Below, piece after piece: positions 1 through 11,558 of a DNA stretch of 64,000 nucleotides. The stretch is from positions 73,160,001-73,224,000 of the forward strand of contig OZ024742.1 of the NCBI GenBank assembly GCA_964016885.1, given 5' to 3'. The position numbers were made by a program, and so were the translations under genes. The notes beneath the pieces are model-generated. The model was not told the origin of the DNA, ran no database searches, and worked only from the letters and a program-made list of their open reading frames with translations. How positions within the stretch are numbered: the stretch's first letter is position 1; the number at the start of each line of letters is the position of its first letter. This DNA comes from Eledone cirrhosa. Lineage: Eukaryota.

Positions 1-117
1 GAGGTTGGTGTTAGGAAGGGCATCCAGCTGTAGAAATCAAGCCAGAATTAGTTCCCGTCCCACCCCTGCAAGCAGGGAAAAGCGGACGTAAAATGAAATG
101 ATGATGAATGATGATGA
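1..117 (+). mobile_element. 3' part of a tRNA-derived SINE with an RTE-like tail and (ATG)n end
   Basis: GTTGGTGTTAGGAAGGGCATCCAGCTGTAGAAA...GCAAGCAGGGAAAAGCGGACGTAAAATG-ATGATGA; reverse-strand copies at 8866-9190 and 22476-22806. Confidence 0.75.
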
Positions 118-484
118 TATAAAACGGTAGATGTCTATCTGTGTGTGTGTATGATTTTTATGCATTTCCACATTTCTTTACCGATTTTGATGATTTTTTT
201 CCCAATGTGCTCCAAATTTACCAGGGCAGGTCAACGCGTAATTATTTTTGCCAAAAATTTCCTGCTTCTATGAAAAAAAATCGATAAAACTAAATACATG
301 CTGTAACCCTCTCTCTTACACGCTTCATTCCTCTCACTACCCTCAATCTCCTCTGCAACTCTTTTTAAAAGGTTACTGCCTCCGTCTCCATTACAGTTTA
401 GGTACACACTTATATTTTACATCAAATAACAAATATTCAAAAGCAACAGATGAATTTATAAAACAACAAACGTAACAATAATGA

Positions 485-685
485 TCTCTCTATAATTTAA
501 CTGCTTTACTCTCTGTAAAATTTAACTGCTTCACTCCCTATATGACAACACTGCAGAGAGAGAAACAATGTATAGGATCAAATGGAACGTTCCGTATATT
601 CCCCCTCTCTATAATTTAACTGCTTTACTCTCTCTGTCGCTCTTCACTCCCTATATGACAACACTGCAGTGGAGCGTTCCGTATT
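485..685. repeat. Imperfect direct duplication inside the Helitron 5' region
   Basis: CTCTCTATAATTTAACTGCTTTACTCTCT...CTTCACTCCCTATATGACAACACTGCAG...CGTTCCGTAT occurs twice (~486 and ~605). Confidence 0.7.
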
Positions 686-829
686 GACATACGGCTTATC
701 TGGGGCATTTTCAATCGGCTTATTGCAAATAACAACCCGCAAAATAACACTTCATATAACAGATTAATGCTATAGACATATGAATCGGAATGTAACCCGT
801 GAACTTTTTCTGGGCAAAATTATTCGAAC

Positions 830-3659
830 AGACATGACCTCATTGCCAGAGTGTTCAGACTGAAACTGGCTAAACTCATGGCTTTAATCCAAAGGGTCAG
901 GTATTTGGGGCTGTAAAATGTGACATGTTCACCGTCGAATGGCAAAAACGAGGACTGCCACATGCTCACACTTTGATTTGGTTAGCTGATAAAATCAATT
1001 TAAATGCCATAGACAGCTTCATTTCGGCTGAAATCCCTAACCCAGCAACTGACCAGGAATTACATGACATTGTCAAAGCTAACATGGTCCGTGTGCGTCG
1101 GGTCCTAATGAGCATCACACATGTCTGAAAGGGGGGGGGGGGGGGTCGTGCAGTAAGGGATACCCCAAAAAATTTGTTGACGAGACTCAGACTGGTGGCG
1201 ATGGGTACCCCTGTACAGGCGGAGAAGGCCCGAGAACGGTGGCTTCACCACAACAGTAAAGGGAGGTCAAGTCGACAATAGATGGGTGGTCCCTTACTGC
1301 CGGCTTCTCTTGAAGATGTTCAACGCCCACATCAACATTAAGTTTTGCAACTCCGTCAAGTCTATAAAATACATATGCAAATATGTAAATAAGGGCTCTG
1401 ATGAGGTCACAGAATACCTGGCGGGGCGGTACATCAGTAGCAATGAAGCTTTTTGGCGCCTATTTGGTTTCCCCCTACACCAACGGCACCCCGCCATTGT
1501 ACAGCTTGCGGTACATTTGGAAAATGGGCAAAGGGTTTACTTTACGGACCAAACCGCCGCCAAGTTGGCCACCAATCCGAAAGAGACCACTCTGACGGGT
1601 TTCTTCAAACTTTGCCAGTTCGATACATTTGCGCAAACAATTGTGTACCCCCAGCTTCCATCCTACTTTATATGGTTGAAAAACACTTGGTTGTGAAGAA
1701 AGTCAGGTCAGGCTGTTGAAAGACATCCTGGTGTAAAATTTGACAGCGGTCTTGGAAGGGTTTACACTGTGCCCCCAAGTCAGCATGAGCGCTTTCATCT
1801 CCGCCTTCTTCTGCATGAAGTTGTAGGCCCACAAATTTTAGCAGGACCTCAAAACTGTTGATAGAGAAATATGTGACATGTACTGGGAAGCCTGCTTTAA
1901 GCGTGGTCTTTTGGAAGATGATTCGCAATGGGATTCCACTTTAGCAGAGGGTGCTTTGTTGAAATCACCTAAAGGTCTACAGGAACTCTTTGCCATTTTG
2001 CTTCAAAAGTGTGAATTGGGTGATCCCAAATCTTTATGGGTCAAGTACAAAGACTTTATGTCTGAGGATTTCCTGTGCCTCGCTCATCTGCAGTATCCTT
2101 CAGTGGAAGTTGCTTACAGCGGCATTATCTATAACAGGGCACTCATTGATATCGAGGACGCCCTCCTCGACATGCGTGAGAGTGAGTTGGCGACATGGCT
2201 TGCCGTCAGCCGTCAGAGAGGAAGCTAACACGTTGGCCCCGGATGTGTTGCGGGAAACAGCATATGACATTGAATCTCTTTCCCAATACTTAGAGGAAAA
2301 TGAGCCCAAACGTCTGTCGGACCAAAGGTTGGCCTATTTAACTATCATTGACGCAGTTCAAAATCAGACAGGGGTATTTACTTTCTCGCTGCTCCTGGGG
2401 GTACCGGAAAAACTTTTGTAACAAAATTGATTGCCGCTAAGATTCGTCAGGAGAAAAAAATTGCGTTGTCCGTTGCATCGTCCGGGATCACTGCTACTTT
2501 GCTGCTGGGAGGCAGGACAACACATTCAACCTTTACACTCCCCTTGGATTTAGTAAAAACTGAGACACCAACATGCAATATCAGCAAGAGTTCACACAAA
2601 GCTATGGTTCTCAAAAAATGTTGCCTCATTGTTTGGGATGAATGCACAATGGCACACAAGGGTGCCCTTGAGGCATTGGACGAGTCCTTGAAAGACATTA
2701 GGGATTCTACGGCTCCTATGGGTCGCGTAACCCTTCTGCTATCAGGGGATTTTCGGCAAACGCTGCCTGTCATCCCCAAAGGGACAAGAGCTGATGAAGT
2801 GCGTGCCTGCTTTAAGTCGTCCACGTTGTGGCCCCAGGTGAAGACTTTGTACCTGAGCACAATATGCGTGCTCATTTGCATGGTGACAACATGTCTGCAG
2901 CACAGAACATTTTAGCACTGGTGAGGGCAAGGTCCCTGCGGATGACAAGGACGGCATAGCAATCGACTCCCGGTGGAACATTGTGAGCAGCCCTTCTGAC
3001 CTTTGGGAGGCAGTTTTTTCTAATGTCTCATTTAACTTTAAAAACCTCAATTGGCTCAGCGAAAGAGCCATCCTTGCTCCGAAAAATAATTAATTTTATT
3101 AACGAGCAGCTGATTGACAAAATTCCCGGTAAAGAGCACATCTTCAAATTTATCGACCGGACGTCAGACCCCGTCGATATTGTTAATTATCCGGTTGAGT
3201 TATTAAATTCCCTTGAGCTTCCAGGGCTCCCACCTCACATTCTTAAGCTTAGGGTTGGCTGTCTCATTATGCTAATAAGGAACTTGCGCCCACCAAAGCA
3301 GTGCAACGGTACTCGCATGGTCGTCAAGTCAATGACGTCCCACTTGATTAAGGCCACCATTGTAACAGGGTGCGGGAGAGGGGAGAATGTTTTCATTCCA
3401 AAGATGAACCTTTTCCCCTCGGCGTCACATCTCGTTCGATTTCCGGCGATCCCAATTCCCGATGAGACCATGTTTTGCCATGTCCATTAACAAGTCACAA
3501 GGGCAAACATTGTCGATGGCAGGCATCCATTTGGGGGAGCCATGCTTCTCCCATGGCCAACTTTATGTTGCCTGTTCCCATGTAGGGAACAGGAATGTAC
3601 TTTTTGCTTACACTCCTCAAGGGATGACACGCAATATCGTCTACAAAGAGGTGCTATAG
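830..3659 (+). pseudogene. Helitron RepHel (HUH Rep + PIF1-family SF1 helicase) pseudogene with many frameshifts and stops
   Basis: EWQKRGLPHAH (HUH motif), KYICKYVNKG (catalytic Tyr motif), LAVHLENGQRVYF, frameshifted APGGTGKT (Walker A), WDECTM, GDFRQTLPV, CNGTR, FAMSINKSQGQT and HGQLYVACS spread over ORFs 925-3659. Confidence 0.92.
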
Positions 3660-4106
3660 ATGTTGGTGCAGGTGTTGGAGGTGTTGGAGCTATGCCGTCT
3701 GGAAAACTATTTCCTGGTAGGGTCACCCATCGCGGACAGATGTGACACCCAGCGGCATCAGGGCCACCATCTTGCAACTTTGGTCTGCTAAATTCGCTAT
3801 TGGAAGATTATTAACCCATCATTGATTGTCCAAAATGCTAATTGGTTCGTAACTTTTAATAACCGGTTCAACTGCTTTATGCACTTAATTGATAAGCTTA
3901 TTCGCTTTCAAGCCACGTTTACCTGTATGTAACTTTTCATAGCAAATGAATAAACCCAAGCAACGCCGGGCTAAACTGCTAGTATATATATATAATATTC
4001 TATTGATAAGTTGTCACAAAGCTAAAGACATCCACTACAAAACTGCCTAAACATTCAGGTTGTTGTCCAAACACAATATACTTTTGAACCAACATGACTG
4101 AATTGT

Positions 4107-4107
4107 T

Positions 4108-4139
<32 letters not shown>

Positions 4140-4174
4140 TAGAGAGAGAGAGAGAGGTGTTTCAGAGAGGGAGG

Positions 4175-4235
<61 letters not shown>

Positions 4236-4268
4236 GTTTCAGAGAGGGAGGGAGAGAGAGAGAGAGAG
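4107..4268. repeat. (GA)n microsatellite
   Basis: Direct inspection. Confidence 0.95.
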
Positions 4269-4572
4269 AAAAGGAGGTATCAGTGTGAGGCTTCCAGGTT
4301 CTGTAGTATTCATAGTTAGTAAAAACTTGTAGCTAATAGTTTCTAATTATGCTGGAAATCTTCCTAACATGACGTCAAGTGCAATGTTTTCTTTCTTCTT
4401 TTTCTTCTATTTGTTGTTGTTGTTTTGGCAGCATTGCAACTGCAGTCTGATCGAAGAATGAGATAAAGATATTACACCTTGTTTGTTATTTTATGGCAGT
4501 TCTCTGCTGCAACACACAATTGATAAAGAGACATTTTATCAAGTCGACATAAGGTAAAATATAGTGACAGTA

Positions 4573-4576
<4 letters not shown>

Positions 4577-4636
<60 letters not shown>

Positions 4637-4657
4637 GGAAAGGGAGAGAGAGAGAGA
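4577..4657. repeat. (TA)n-(GA)n compound microsatellite
   Basis: Direct inspection. Confidence 0.95.
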
Positions 4658-4931
4658 AGGAGATACAAAAAGAGATATGTCACACATATTTATGCATGCA
4701 GGTGAACTATATATATATATTTCGTTTCTGAATTTGTTTAGCAAGATTCTTTATCTGAAATCGTGTGTTGAAACCGATATTGTTATACTTTGGGAGGGTC
4801 ATGTTGCCAATAAGAAACACACGCACCAGTTGCTTTCACTTCAATTTAATTTAATATATATTTATAAATTTACAAATTTATAAATTTCTGGTTGGTTGGT
4901 TCCACAACCAGATAGTTGTTTATATATATAT

Positions 4932-4976
4932 AGTCATAGTTCTTTCGTCACACACTCTGTGACCTCTTCAGTGACT
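4932..4976 (-). ncRNA. Type I minimal hammerhead ribozyme in the Penelope pLTR
   Basis: Reverse complement reads AGTCA-CTGAAGA-G-GTCAC(agagtgt)GTGAC-GAAAG(aa)CTA-TGACT: stem I AGTCA/TGACT, CUGANGA and GAAA boxes, CUA cleavage triplet. Confidence 0.78.
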
Positions 4977-5273
4977 GGGGATTTCTTTCTTCGTTTCTGT
5001 GCCTTTCCTTTCTTCTATCCTACGCCATGTTGTTTGTGTGTGGGTTGCGTGCTCAGTTTGCGCATGCGCCACATCCGGGTGTCTGTGTGTGTTTGTGTTC
5101 ATTTTTCTATTTTTCTATTTATATTTGTTTGTTTATTTATTTATTTATTGTTGGTTGGTTGTTTGTTCTATATGTGTGTGTGTTTTCATTTTGTCTTGTG
5201 TGTGTTTTCATTTTGTGTGTGTTTTCAATTGTAAGTTGTTTGTTCTATGTGTGTGTGTGTTTTCATTTTGTCC

Positions 5274-7160
5274 TTAATTGTAAGTTGTGATGTTGCTGTT
5301 CCACTCATATTTTCTATTTAATTTTGGTTTTAATTCTTTTATGCTTACTGCCTCTGTAATTTGCCTAAACATTGCGTCTTTCTTGTGTGTGGATTCTATT
5401 TTTATTTCTATGCTCTCTAATTTACCCCTGTGTTCTATCTTAGCATGTTGGTAGAGCACAGATGATTCTTTACTATCTTGGAGGTCTCGCCAGTGTTCAT
5501 TTATTCGTTCCCCTATACTACGAGCTGTCTCACCTATGTACACTATATTTTTGTTTCTACATTGTCCTTCAGTACATCTTATGCTATATACTACATTTCT
5601 AGTTTTACAGTTAATATGGGGGCTTATTTTACAGGTTATACATTTCTTATCTATACATGAGGGTCTTTGGAACGGGTATGTCTTGCTAATAAGTGTTTTT
5701 ACGGAGGTACCAGGTCTTTCTACTATCTTAATATTGAGATTATGTTTCTTTAGGGCCCTTCTAAATTTGTAGGCTAGTTCGCCTCTAGGGGTTGTATTGA
5801 TGAACATTACACTCTGGTATTTATTGCTATCATACCATGAGTTTATTCTATTGGCCTTGTTCTTAGTTCTTTCTATTCTATTCCAAAATTTGCTCCTATA
5901 CAAGGGGCAGGTCCCATTTATGTCATTATTTACTATTTTTTCCCATTTGGTTCTGGCTCCTTTATACACTCTGATTCTATCTCTCTGATTGTAGCCAGAG
6001 AACTGCATACGGTGGATGAAGTGTTGTATGTGTCTCTCTAGTTCTTCGGGGTTGCACATGCGGGACACATTTCTCATCACCCGTACCAAATCCGCAATCA
6101 GTATGTTGATTTTGGTATGGTCCGAAATGGCCGAGTTTCGGTGGATCAGATGTTTGGAAGTCATGGGTTTGGCATAATGGGAATGGAGGATTTGTTTTTG
6201 GTTGTTAATAGTATCTAACCAGAGCTCTGTGTCTAGTACAGGTAATCGATGGTTGGGGTGTCTACTTGGGTAGTCTATAGTAACTCTAATGCTCTGGTGG
6301 ATGGAGTTTGCTATTTGCTGGATGCTTTCCATTGTGTTTTTCTCTGGTTCCTGACTGTTCTTTAGTGGGGGTGTCTTAACTACGATGTTTATATCATCTA
6401 CGTAGCGGGAGTACATTATCAGGGTTAAGCTGTCTTCTAATTGTTCATTAAGTTTTTGTTTAAGTCTACTGTACCACCATACCATGAACAAGTTAGCTAT
6501 GTCGCCTGCAATGCTAACACCAATGGCTGCTCCTTCCTCTTGAGCATATGTTTTACCATTAAATTTGAACATATGTTCCTTAAGGGTTAATTTTATGCTG
6601 GCCCCTACCGCATGTGCAATCCTTTTTTTCAGTTCATCGTGGTTTTCGGGTGTCCGTATGGCTCTGGTCCACCCGTTCCATCTATCTGTGTGGGTTTTCT
6701 TGGCCATTGAGGTAATGGTAGGTGGTCTGCCTCTTGCTGGTCTTGTAGGGCACAGGTTGCTAAGGTCATAAGTGTCTAGGTAACTATTACTATGGGTAAG
6801 CTTAAGTAGAAGTCCCAGCTCACTGGTATCAATCCCACGGAACTCAACCTTGCTCTCGCTGATCATTTCGACGCATTTCTCTACAGCAAAATCCACGCCA
6901 ATAGATGGATACAGGGACACAACATCCATACTGCCTATTATGCAGTTTGTTAGGTCCCCAGATCGGTTACCCGCGCCGATTCTGCTGAGGAGGTCCTCCG
7001 TGCTGTCACACACATCTGGGGACATCTCAATGATGGGGCGTATGATCAGGGAGAGGAAGTAGGACAGTCTGTAGTTACTAGCAATGTTAGCCCCACAGAC
7101 TGGCCGTGTTGGTGGTCCCGCGACAGGGTCCCAGCCCGTTTTATGGTCTTTTCGAAACAT
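5274..7160 (-). CDS. Penelope-like reverse transcriptase + GIY-YIG endonuclease, N-terminally truncated, uninterrupted 628 aa
   Basis: RKDHK..PTRPV, GSMDVVSLYPSI, QEEGAAIG, YSRYVDD, LPVLD, HYAKPM, linker CxxxxCxxC, VVYSIRC..YIGETARSIGERINEH, H..EH, RQITEA..LN. Confidence 0.92.
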   Translation of the reverse strand: MFRKDHKTGWDPVAGPPTRPVCGANIASNYRLSYFLSLIIRPIIEMSPDVCDSTEDLLSRIGAGNRSGDLTNCIIGSMDVVSLYPSIGVDFAVEKCVEMISESKVEFRGIDTSELGLLLKLTHSNSYLDTYDLSNLCPTRPARGRPPTITSMAKKTHTDRWNGWTRAIRTPENHDELKKRIAHAVGASIKLTLKEHMFKFNGKTYAQEEGAAIGVSIAGDIANLFMVWWYSRLKQKLNEQLEDSLTLIMYSRYVDDINIVVKTPPLKNSQEPEKNTMESIQQIANSIHQSIRVTIDYPSRHPNHRLPVLDTELWLDTINNQKQILHSHYAKPMTSKHLIHRNSAISDHTKINILIADLVRVMRNVSRMCNPEELERHIQHFIHRMQFSGYNQRDRIRVYKGARTKWEKIVNNDINGTCPLYRSKFWNRIERTKNKANRINSWYDSNKYQSVMFINTTPRGELAYKFRRALKKHNLNIKIVERPGTSVKTLISKTYPFQRPSCIDKKCITCKISPHINCKTRNVVYSIRCTEGQCRNKNIVYIGETARSIGERINEHWRDLQDSKESSVLYQHAKIEHRGKLESIEIKIESTHKKDAMFRQITEAVSIKELKPKLNRKYEWNSNITTYN

Positions 7161-8271
7161 CGTAGTTAAGACACCCCCACTAAAGAACAGTCAGGAACCA
7201 GAGAAAAACACAATGGAAAGCATCCAGCAAATAGCAAACTCCATCCACCAGAGCATTAGAGTTACTATAGACTACCCAAGTAGACACCCCAATCATCGAT
7301 TACCTGTACTAGACACAGAGCTCTGGTTAGATACTATTAACAACCAAAAACAAATCCTCCATTCCCATTATGCCAAACCCATGACTTCCAAACATCTGAT
7401 CCACCGAAACTCGGCCATTTCGGACCATACCAAAATCAACATACTGATTGCGGATTTGGTACGGGTGATGAGAAATGTGTCCCGCATGTGCAACCCCGAA
7501 GAACTAGAGAGACACATACAACACTTCATCCACCGTATGCAGTTCTCTGGCTACAATCAGAGAGATAGAATCAGAGTGTATAAAGGAGCCAGAACCAAAT
7601 GGGAAAAAATGGTAAATAATGACATAAATGGGACCTGCCCCTTGTATAGGAGCAAATTTTGGAATAGAATAGAAAGAACTAAGAACAAGGCCAATAGAAT
7701 AAACTCATGGTATGATAGCAATAAATACCAGAGTGTAATGTTCATCAATACAACCCCTAGAGGCGAACTAGCCTACAAATTTAGAAGGGCCCTAAAGAAA
7801 CATAATCTCAATATTAAGATAGTAGAAAGACCTGGTACCTCCGTAAAAACACTTATTAGCAAGACATACCCGTTCCAAAGACCCTCATGTATAGATAAGA
7901 AATGTATAACCTGTAAAATAAGCCCCCATATTAACTGTAAAACTAGAAATGTAGTATATAGCATAAGATGTACTGAAGGACAATGTAGAAACAAAAATAT
8001 AGTGTACATAGGTGAGACAGCTCGTAGTATAGGGGAACGAATAAATGAACACTGGCGAGACCTCCAAGATAGTAAAGAATCATCTGTGCTCTACCAACAT
8101 GCTAAGATAGAACACAGGGGTAAATTAGAGAGCATAGAAATAAAAATAGAATCCACACACAAGAAAGACGCAATGTTTAGGCAAATTACAGAGGCAGTAA
8201 GCATAAAAGAATTAAAACCAAAATTAAATAGAAAATATGAGTGGAACAGCAACATCACAACTTACAATTAA
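7084..8271 (+). CDS. Inverted copy of the Penelope thumb + GIY-YIG region, lacking the YVDD RT core; first ~24 aa come from antisense spacer sequence
   Basis: Identical to the C-terminal ~370 aa of 5274-7160 except one I/M difference. Confidence 0.7.
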   Translation: MLAPQTGRVGGPATGSQPVLWSFRNIVVKTPPLKNSQEPEKNTMESIQQIANSIHQSIRVTIDYPSRHPNHRLPVLDTELWLDTINNQKQILHSHYAKPMTSKHLIHRNSAISDHTKINILIADLVRVMRNVSRMCNPEELERHIQHFIHRMQFSGYNQRDRIRVYKGARTKWEKMVNNDINGTCPLYRSKFWNRIERTKNKANRINSWYDSNKYQSVMFINTTPRGELAYKFRRALKKHNLNIKIVERPGTSVKTLISKTYPFQRPSCIDKKCITCKISPHINCKTRNVVYSIRCTEGQCRNKNIVYIGETARSIGERINEHWRDLQDSKESSVLYQHAKIEHRGKLESIEIKIESTHKKDAMFRQITEAVSIKELKPKLNRKYEWNSNITTYN

Positions 8272-8568
8272 GGACAAAATGAAAACACACACACACATAG
8301 AACAAACAACTTACAATTGAAAACACACACAAAATGAAAACACACACAAGACAAAATGAAAACACACACACACATAGAACAAACAACCAACCAACAATAA
8401 ATAAATAAATAAACAAACAAATATAAATAGAAAAATAGAAAAATGAACACAAACACACACAGACACCCGGATGTGGCGCATGCGCAAACTGAGCACGCAA
8501 CCCACACACAAACAACATGGCGTAGGATAGAAGAAAGGAAAGGCACAGAAACGAAGAAAGAAATCCCC

Positions 8569-8613
8569 AGTCACTGAAGAGGTCACAGAGTGTGTGACGA
8601 AAGAACTATGACT
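8569..8613 (+). ncRNA. Type I minimal hammerhead ribozyme in the Penelope pLTR
   Basis: AGTCA CTGAAGA G GTCAC agagtgt GTGAC GAAAG aa CTA|TGACT; predicted cleavage after 8608. Confidence 0.78.
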
Positions 8614-8865
8614 ATATATATATATAAACAACTATCTGGTTGTGGAACCAACCAACCAACCAGAAATTTATAAATTTGTAAATTTATAAATATATATTAA
8701 ATTAAATTGAAGTGAAAGCAACTGGTGCGTGTGTTTCTTATTGGCAACATGACCCTCCCAAAGTATAACAATATATATATATAGATATACATGTAAAAAT
8801 TCCTTGTTTTGCACATACATATCACAAACCCACCTCTCTCTCTCTCTCTCTCACTATACATATTC

Positions 8866-9190
8866 ATCATCATCATCATCATCATTTTACGCCCGCTTTT
8901 CCCTGCTTGCAAGAGTGGGACGGGAACTGATTCTGGCTTGATTTCTACAGCTGGATACTCTTCCTAACACCAACCTCATTTACAGTGAGTGCTGGGTGGT
9001 TTTTGCCGTGGCACCTCCACGACCACTTTGCAGTGGAATGATAGGGACTGGGGTCCCTATCATCTCATTTCTACAGCTGAGTAAACTGGAGCAATGTGAA
9101 ATAAAGTGTCTCACATCACCCAGTCTGAGAATTGAACCCACAACCTTTCGATTGCAAGGCCAATGTTCTAACCACTAAGCCATGTGCCTT
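8866..9190 (-). mobile_element. Near full-length tRNA-derived SINE
   Basis: Minus strand: A-box-like TGGCTTAGTGG, B-box-like GGTTCAATTCT, AGACACTTTATTTCAC core, RTE-like tail with (ATG)n. Confidence 0.8.
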
Positions 9191-9237
9191 ATTATGTATT
9201 ATTTCTTTCTGTCTCTTTCTACACACACACATGTATA

Positions 9238-9239
<2 letters not shown>

Positions 9240-9278
<39 letters not shown>
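9240..9278. repeat. (GA)n microsatellite
   Basis: Direct inspection. Confidence 0.9.
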
Positions 9279-9282
<4 letters not shown>

Positions 9283-9299
9283 GTGTATATAATTTCCTT

Positions 9300-11500
9300 T
9301 CTACCTTTACATGTAGACTTCTGGAAGTAAGATGGGCCTAGTGAGTAAGCACATCTTTAATACTGATACTCTCAGTTCTATGAGAAAAGCTATAGCCCCA
9401 CTTTCATCAAATGGTTCTGCTATATTGAGAATGTAATAGTGTGCAGATTCACCGAGTTCGATATCATAGATTTCTATCCATCATCAACATCATCATTATT
9501 TTTATGTCTATTTTTCCACGCTCACATGGGTTGGCTGGATCCTTGTCAACACAGCATCTCTCCACTAGTTATCTCTGTAAGTCTTAGTGATTTGAAACCA
9601 GCTCTCACCACTTCTGTTCAGGTCTTCCTTGGTTTACTTCTACTGCGGTTTCCTAACACTGAGATTTTTTGGCACTTTTTCACCCAGTGATCATTATCCA
9701 TGTACATTACATGTTTCTACTAACAGTCTTCTCTCTTGCACACCACTTTGGATTCCTCTTAAACACAGTTTCTCCCTCAGTTTATCTAGGCTCTACTTTT
9801 CTCTCACATTTACAATGCACATCCAATGCAGCATGGTTGCTTCATTTCTCTCCAGCTTATGCATGTCCTCTGCAGTCACTGCCCATGTTTCACTACCATG
9901 CAACATCATACTTTGCACACAGGTGTCATATATCCATCTTTTGTATGTAGGGAGAAACCTTTTTTCGTCAACAGTAGGAGTAGCTTTCTAAACTTCTTCC
10001 AGCATATGCTTATTTTAACTGTTATGCTCTTGGAATACCCTCTTCTACTGCTAATTAGGTCACCTAGATAGCAGAAGCTATCAATCACTTCTACAGATCC
10101 TTCATATGAATGGAAAAGTTTTATATCACTGACAATCTTCTCGACAATTACCCTTGTTCATCTTTTACATACAAAGTCTTCCCTTTCAGTTAGTGAACCT
10201 GATATCCTGTTACATCTCTCGTGTACCCAAGATTTGTATACATTATCTAGGGTTTATGCCTACTCCTTTTCTACATATTGAGCAGGGCCACTTCCTTGGT
10301 GGAATCAGGGTCTTATCTTCTTTCCTACTTACTAGCAGTCTAGTTTTGGTTAACTTTACTCTCAGCCCTTTTGATTCCAAATTCTGATTTGGAACTTATT
10401 TTCTAGTTCTTTTAAGGACCAGATCATCGGTATACAGAAGTTCCCATGGACAGCCAGTCTTAAACTTCTCAACTATAGTCTAGAGAACTATGATGCTTTT
10501 AACATTTCAGCAACTATTTCTGACAGCTCTGAAGCTTTACCATTCTTCATCTCCTTGATTGCTTGTTTGACCCTATAACTGTCATCTTCAGAAGCAGGTC
10601 TTTTGTTTGGGTAAGGACTTGACTAAGCCATTTAAGAGAATCAGAAACTTTGATGTTAGAATAATTGTGTATGCTAGGAAGTTACTATTATATCATGATG
10701 GTTCATAAATAATAGTCACCTTAATATTTGATATCTCCATGGGGAGTTATAACAATGTTGTAGTTGTAGATCTTGTTAAATTGTTTATCCTGGATACTCT
10801 CAAAAACTATGTCCCCCATTGTTCATGCTTTTATAGAACTGATGGCCTGGAAATGTCAAGTAACTTGAATAACCATGCTTTAAATAAGTTCAGGGAAAAA
10901 ATAGATAGGAATCATCAAGTAGTTAAATATAACTATATCTCCCTATCTAACAATATTTCCCTATCTAACAATATTTAACTTTTGGGGTATTACCCTTGAC
11001 CTCAAAACAGGCAAATACTAACCCTATACACAGCTTAAAGAGAACACCACATTCATAGGAATTCTGACCACTTGTTCTAACTATAATTAAGAACATAGCC
11101 AATATTCGCAGAAGAGTATCCAGTCTATTCTCAGCAAGAGATATCACTCCATTATAATGAGGTATTAGTGATAAGTGGTTTTAATTAGAAATTTATATAT
11201 ATGAAAGATCCTCAACTCTTTCCCTACGTAGAATCAGTAAGAGAAATATGAACCTGTTTTATATTCTTCAACTTAACCAACCCCATTGGCACAGCAGGAA
11301 GTTTCTTTCCTTAATTAGGTGACAATTTCCAAAATTAACCATTTGCCATAAACCTTTCATTTTGCATTATGTTAAGATGAGTTAGTCTTGCTTAAACAAT
11401 AATTGTTTCTACTTTAGGCACAAGGCCAGCAATTACCCAGTGCTTAAACAATAATGCCTCTAACATAGCAAATTTATATCTTCATAAGTCTTGTGAAAGA
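9300..11500 (+). pseudogene. Old degenerate Penelope-like RT (second family), interrupted by an RTE LINE
   Basis: Manual translation: CRFTEFDIIDFYPS (to ~9483), resuming after ~10615 with ARKLLLY, FDISMGSY, YRTDGL, GITLDLKTGKY.PY, IHRNSDH, KFLSLI, VKMS.SCL. Confidence 0.7.
9481..10612 (-). mobile_element. RTE-clade LINE fragment, internally deleted, with (ATG)n-type tail
   Basis: EIVAEMLKA, PWELLYTDDL, GLRVK, DSFCYLGDLI, WKKFRKLL, RSRSKPRKT; tail at 9481-9530. Confidence 0.82.
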
Positions 11501-11558
11501 TGAATGTCCTAGATTTAAATTATAAACAATGTTTTTGGGTTTTTTTCTACCCCTAAAA

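Larger units (their letters stand above)
117..3982 (+). mobile_element. Helitron rolling-circle transposon, degenerate
   Basis: 3' end CTAG (3979-3982) followed by T and preceded by the imperfect hairpin CCCAAGCAACGCCGGG (3955-3970); Rep/helicase fragments inside; 5' boundary (ATATAAAACGGTAGATG) approximate. Confidence 0.88.
4777..8774. mobile_element. Penelope-like element (GIY-YIG type), 5'-truncated, with an inverted duplicate of its 3' part (inverted pLTR)
   Basis: Arm 4777-6390 is the near-perfect reverse complement of arm 7155-8774; the 764-bp spacer holds the RT core; flanked by (TA)n. Confidence 0.93.

Noticed and set aside
1131-1145. G15 tract as a regulatory or phase-variation switch
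   Set aside because: It lies in a Helitron pseudogene with many other lesions; homopolymer slippage or sequencing error explains it.
925-3659. Host PIF1 helicase gene
   Set aside because: It is fused to HUH Rep motifs, intronless, frameshifted and bounded by a Helitron hairpin plus CTAG.
4896-5290. Cys/Val/Phe-rich membrane-like ORFs (also 8255-8631)
   Set aside because: Antisense translations of the low-complexity (CA/A-rich) Penelope 3' region.
9130-9190. tRNA genes (also 11559 and 51245)
   Set aside because: These are A/B-box SINE heads without a complete cloverleaf, continuous with SINE bodies.
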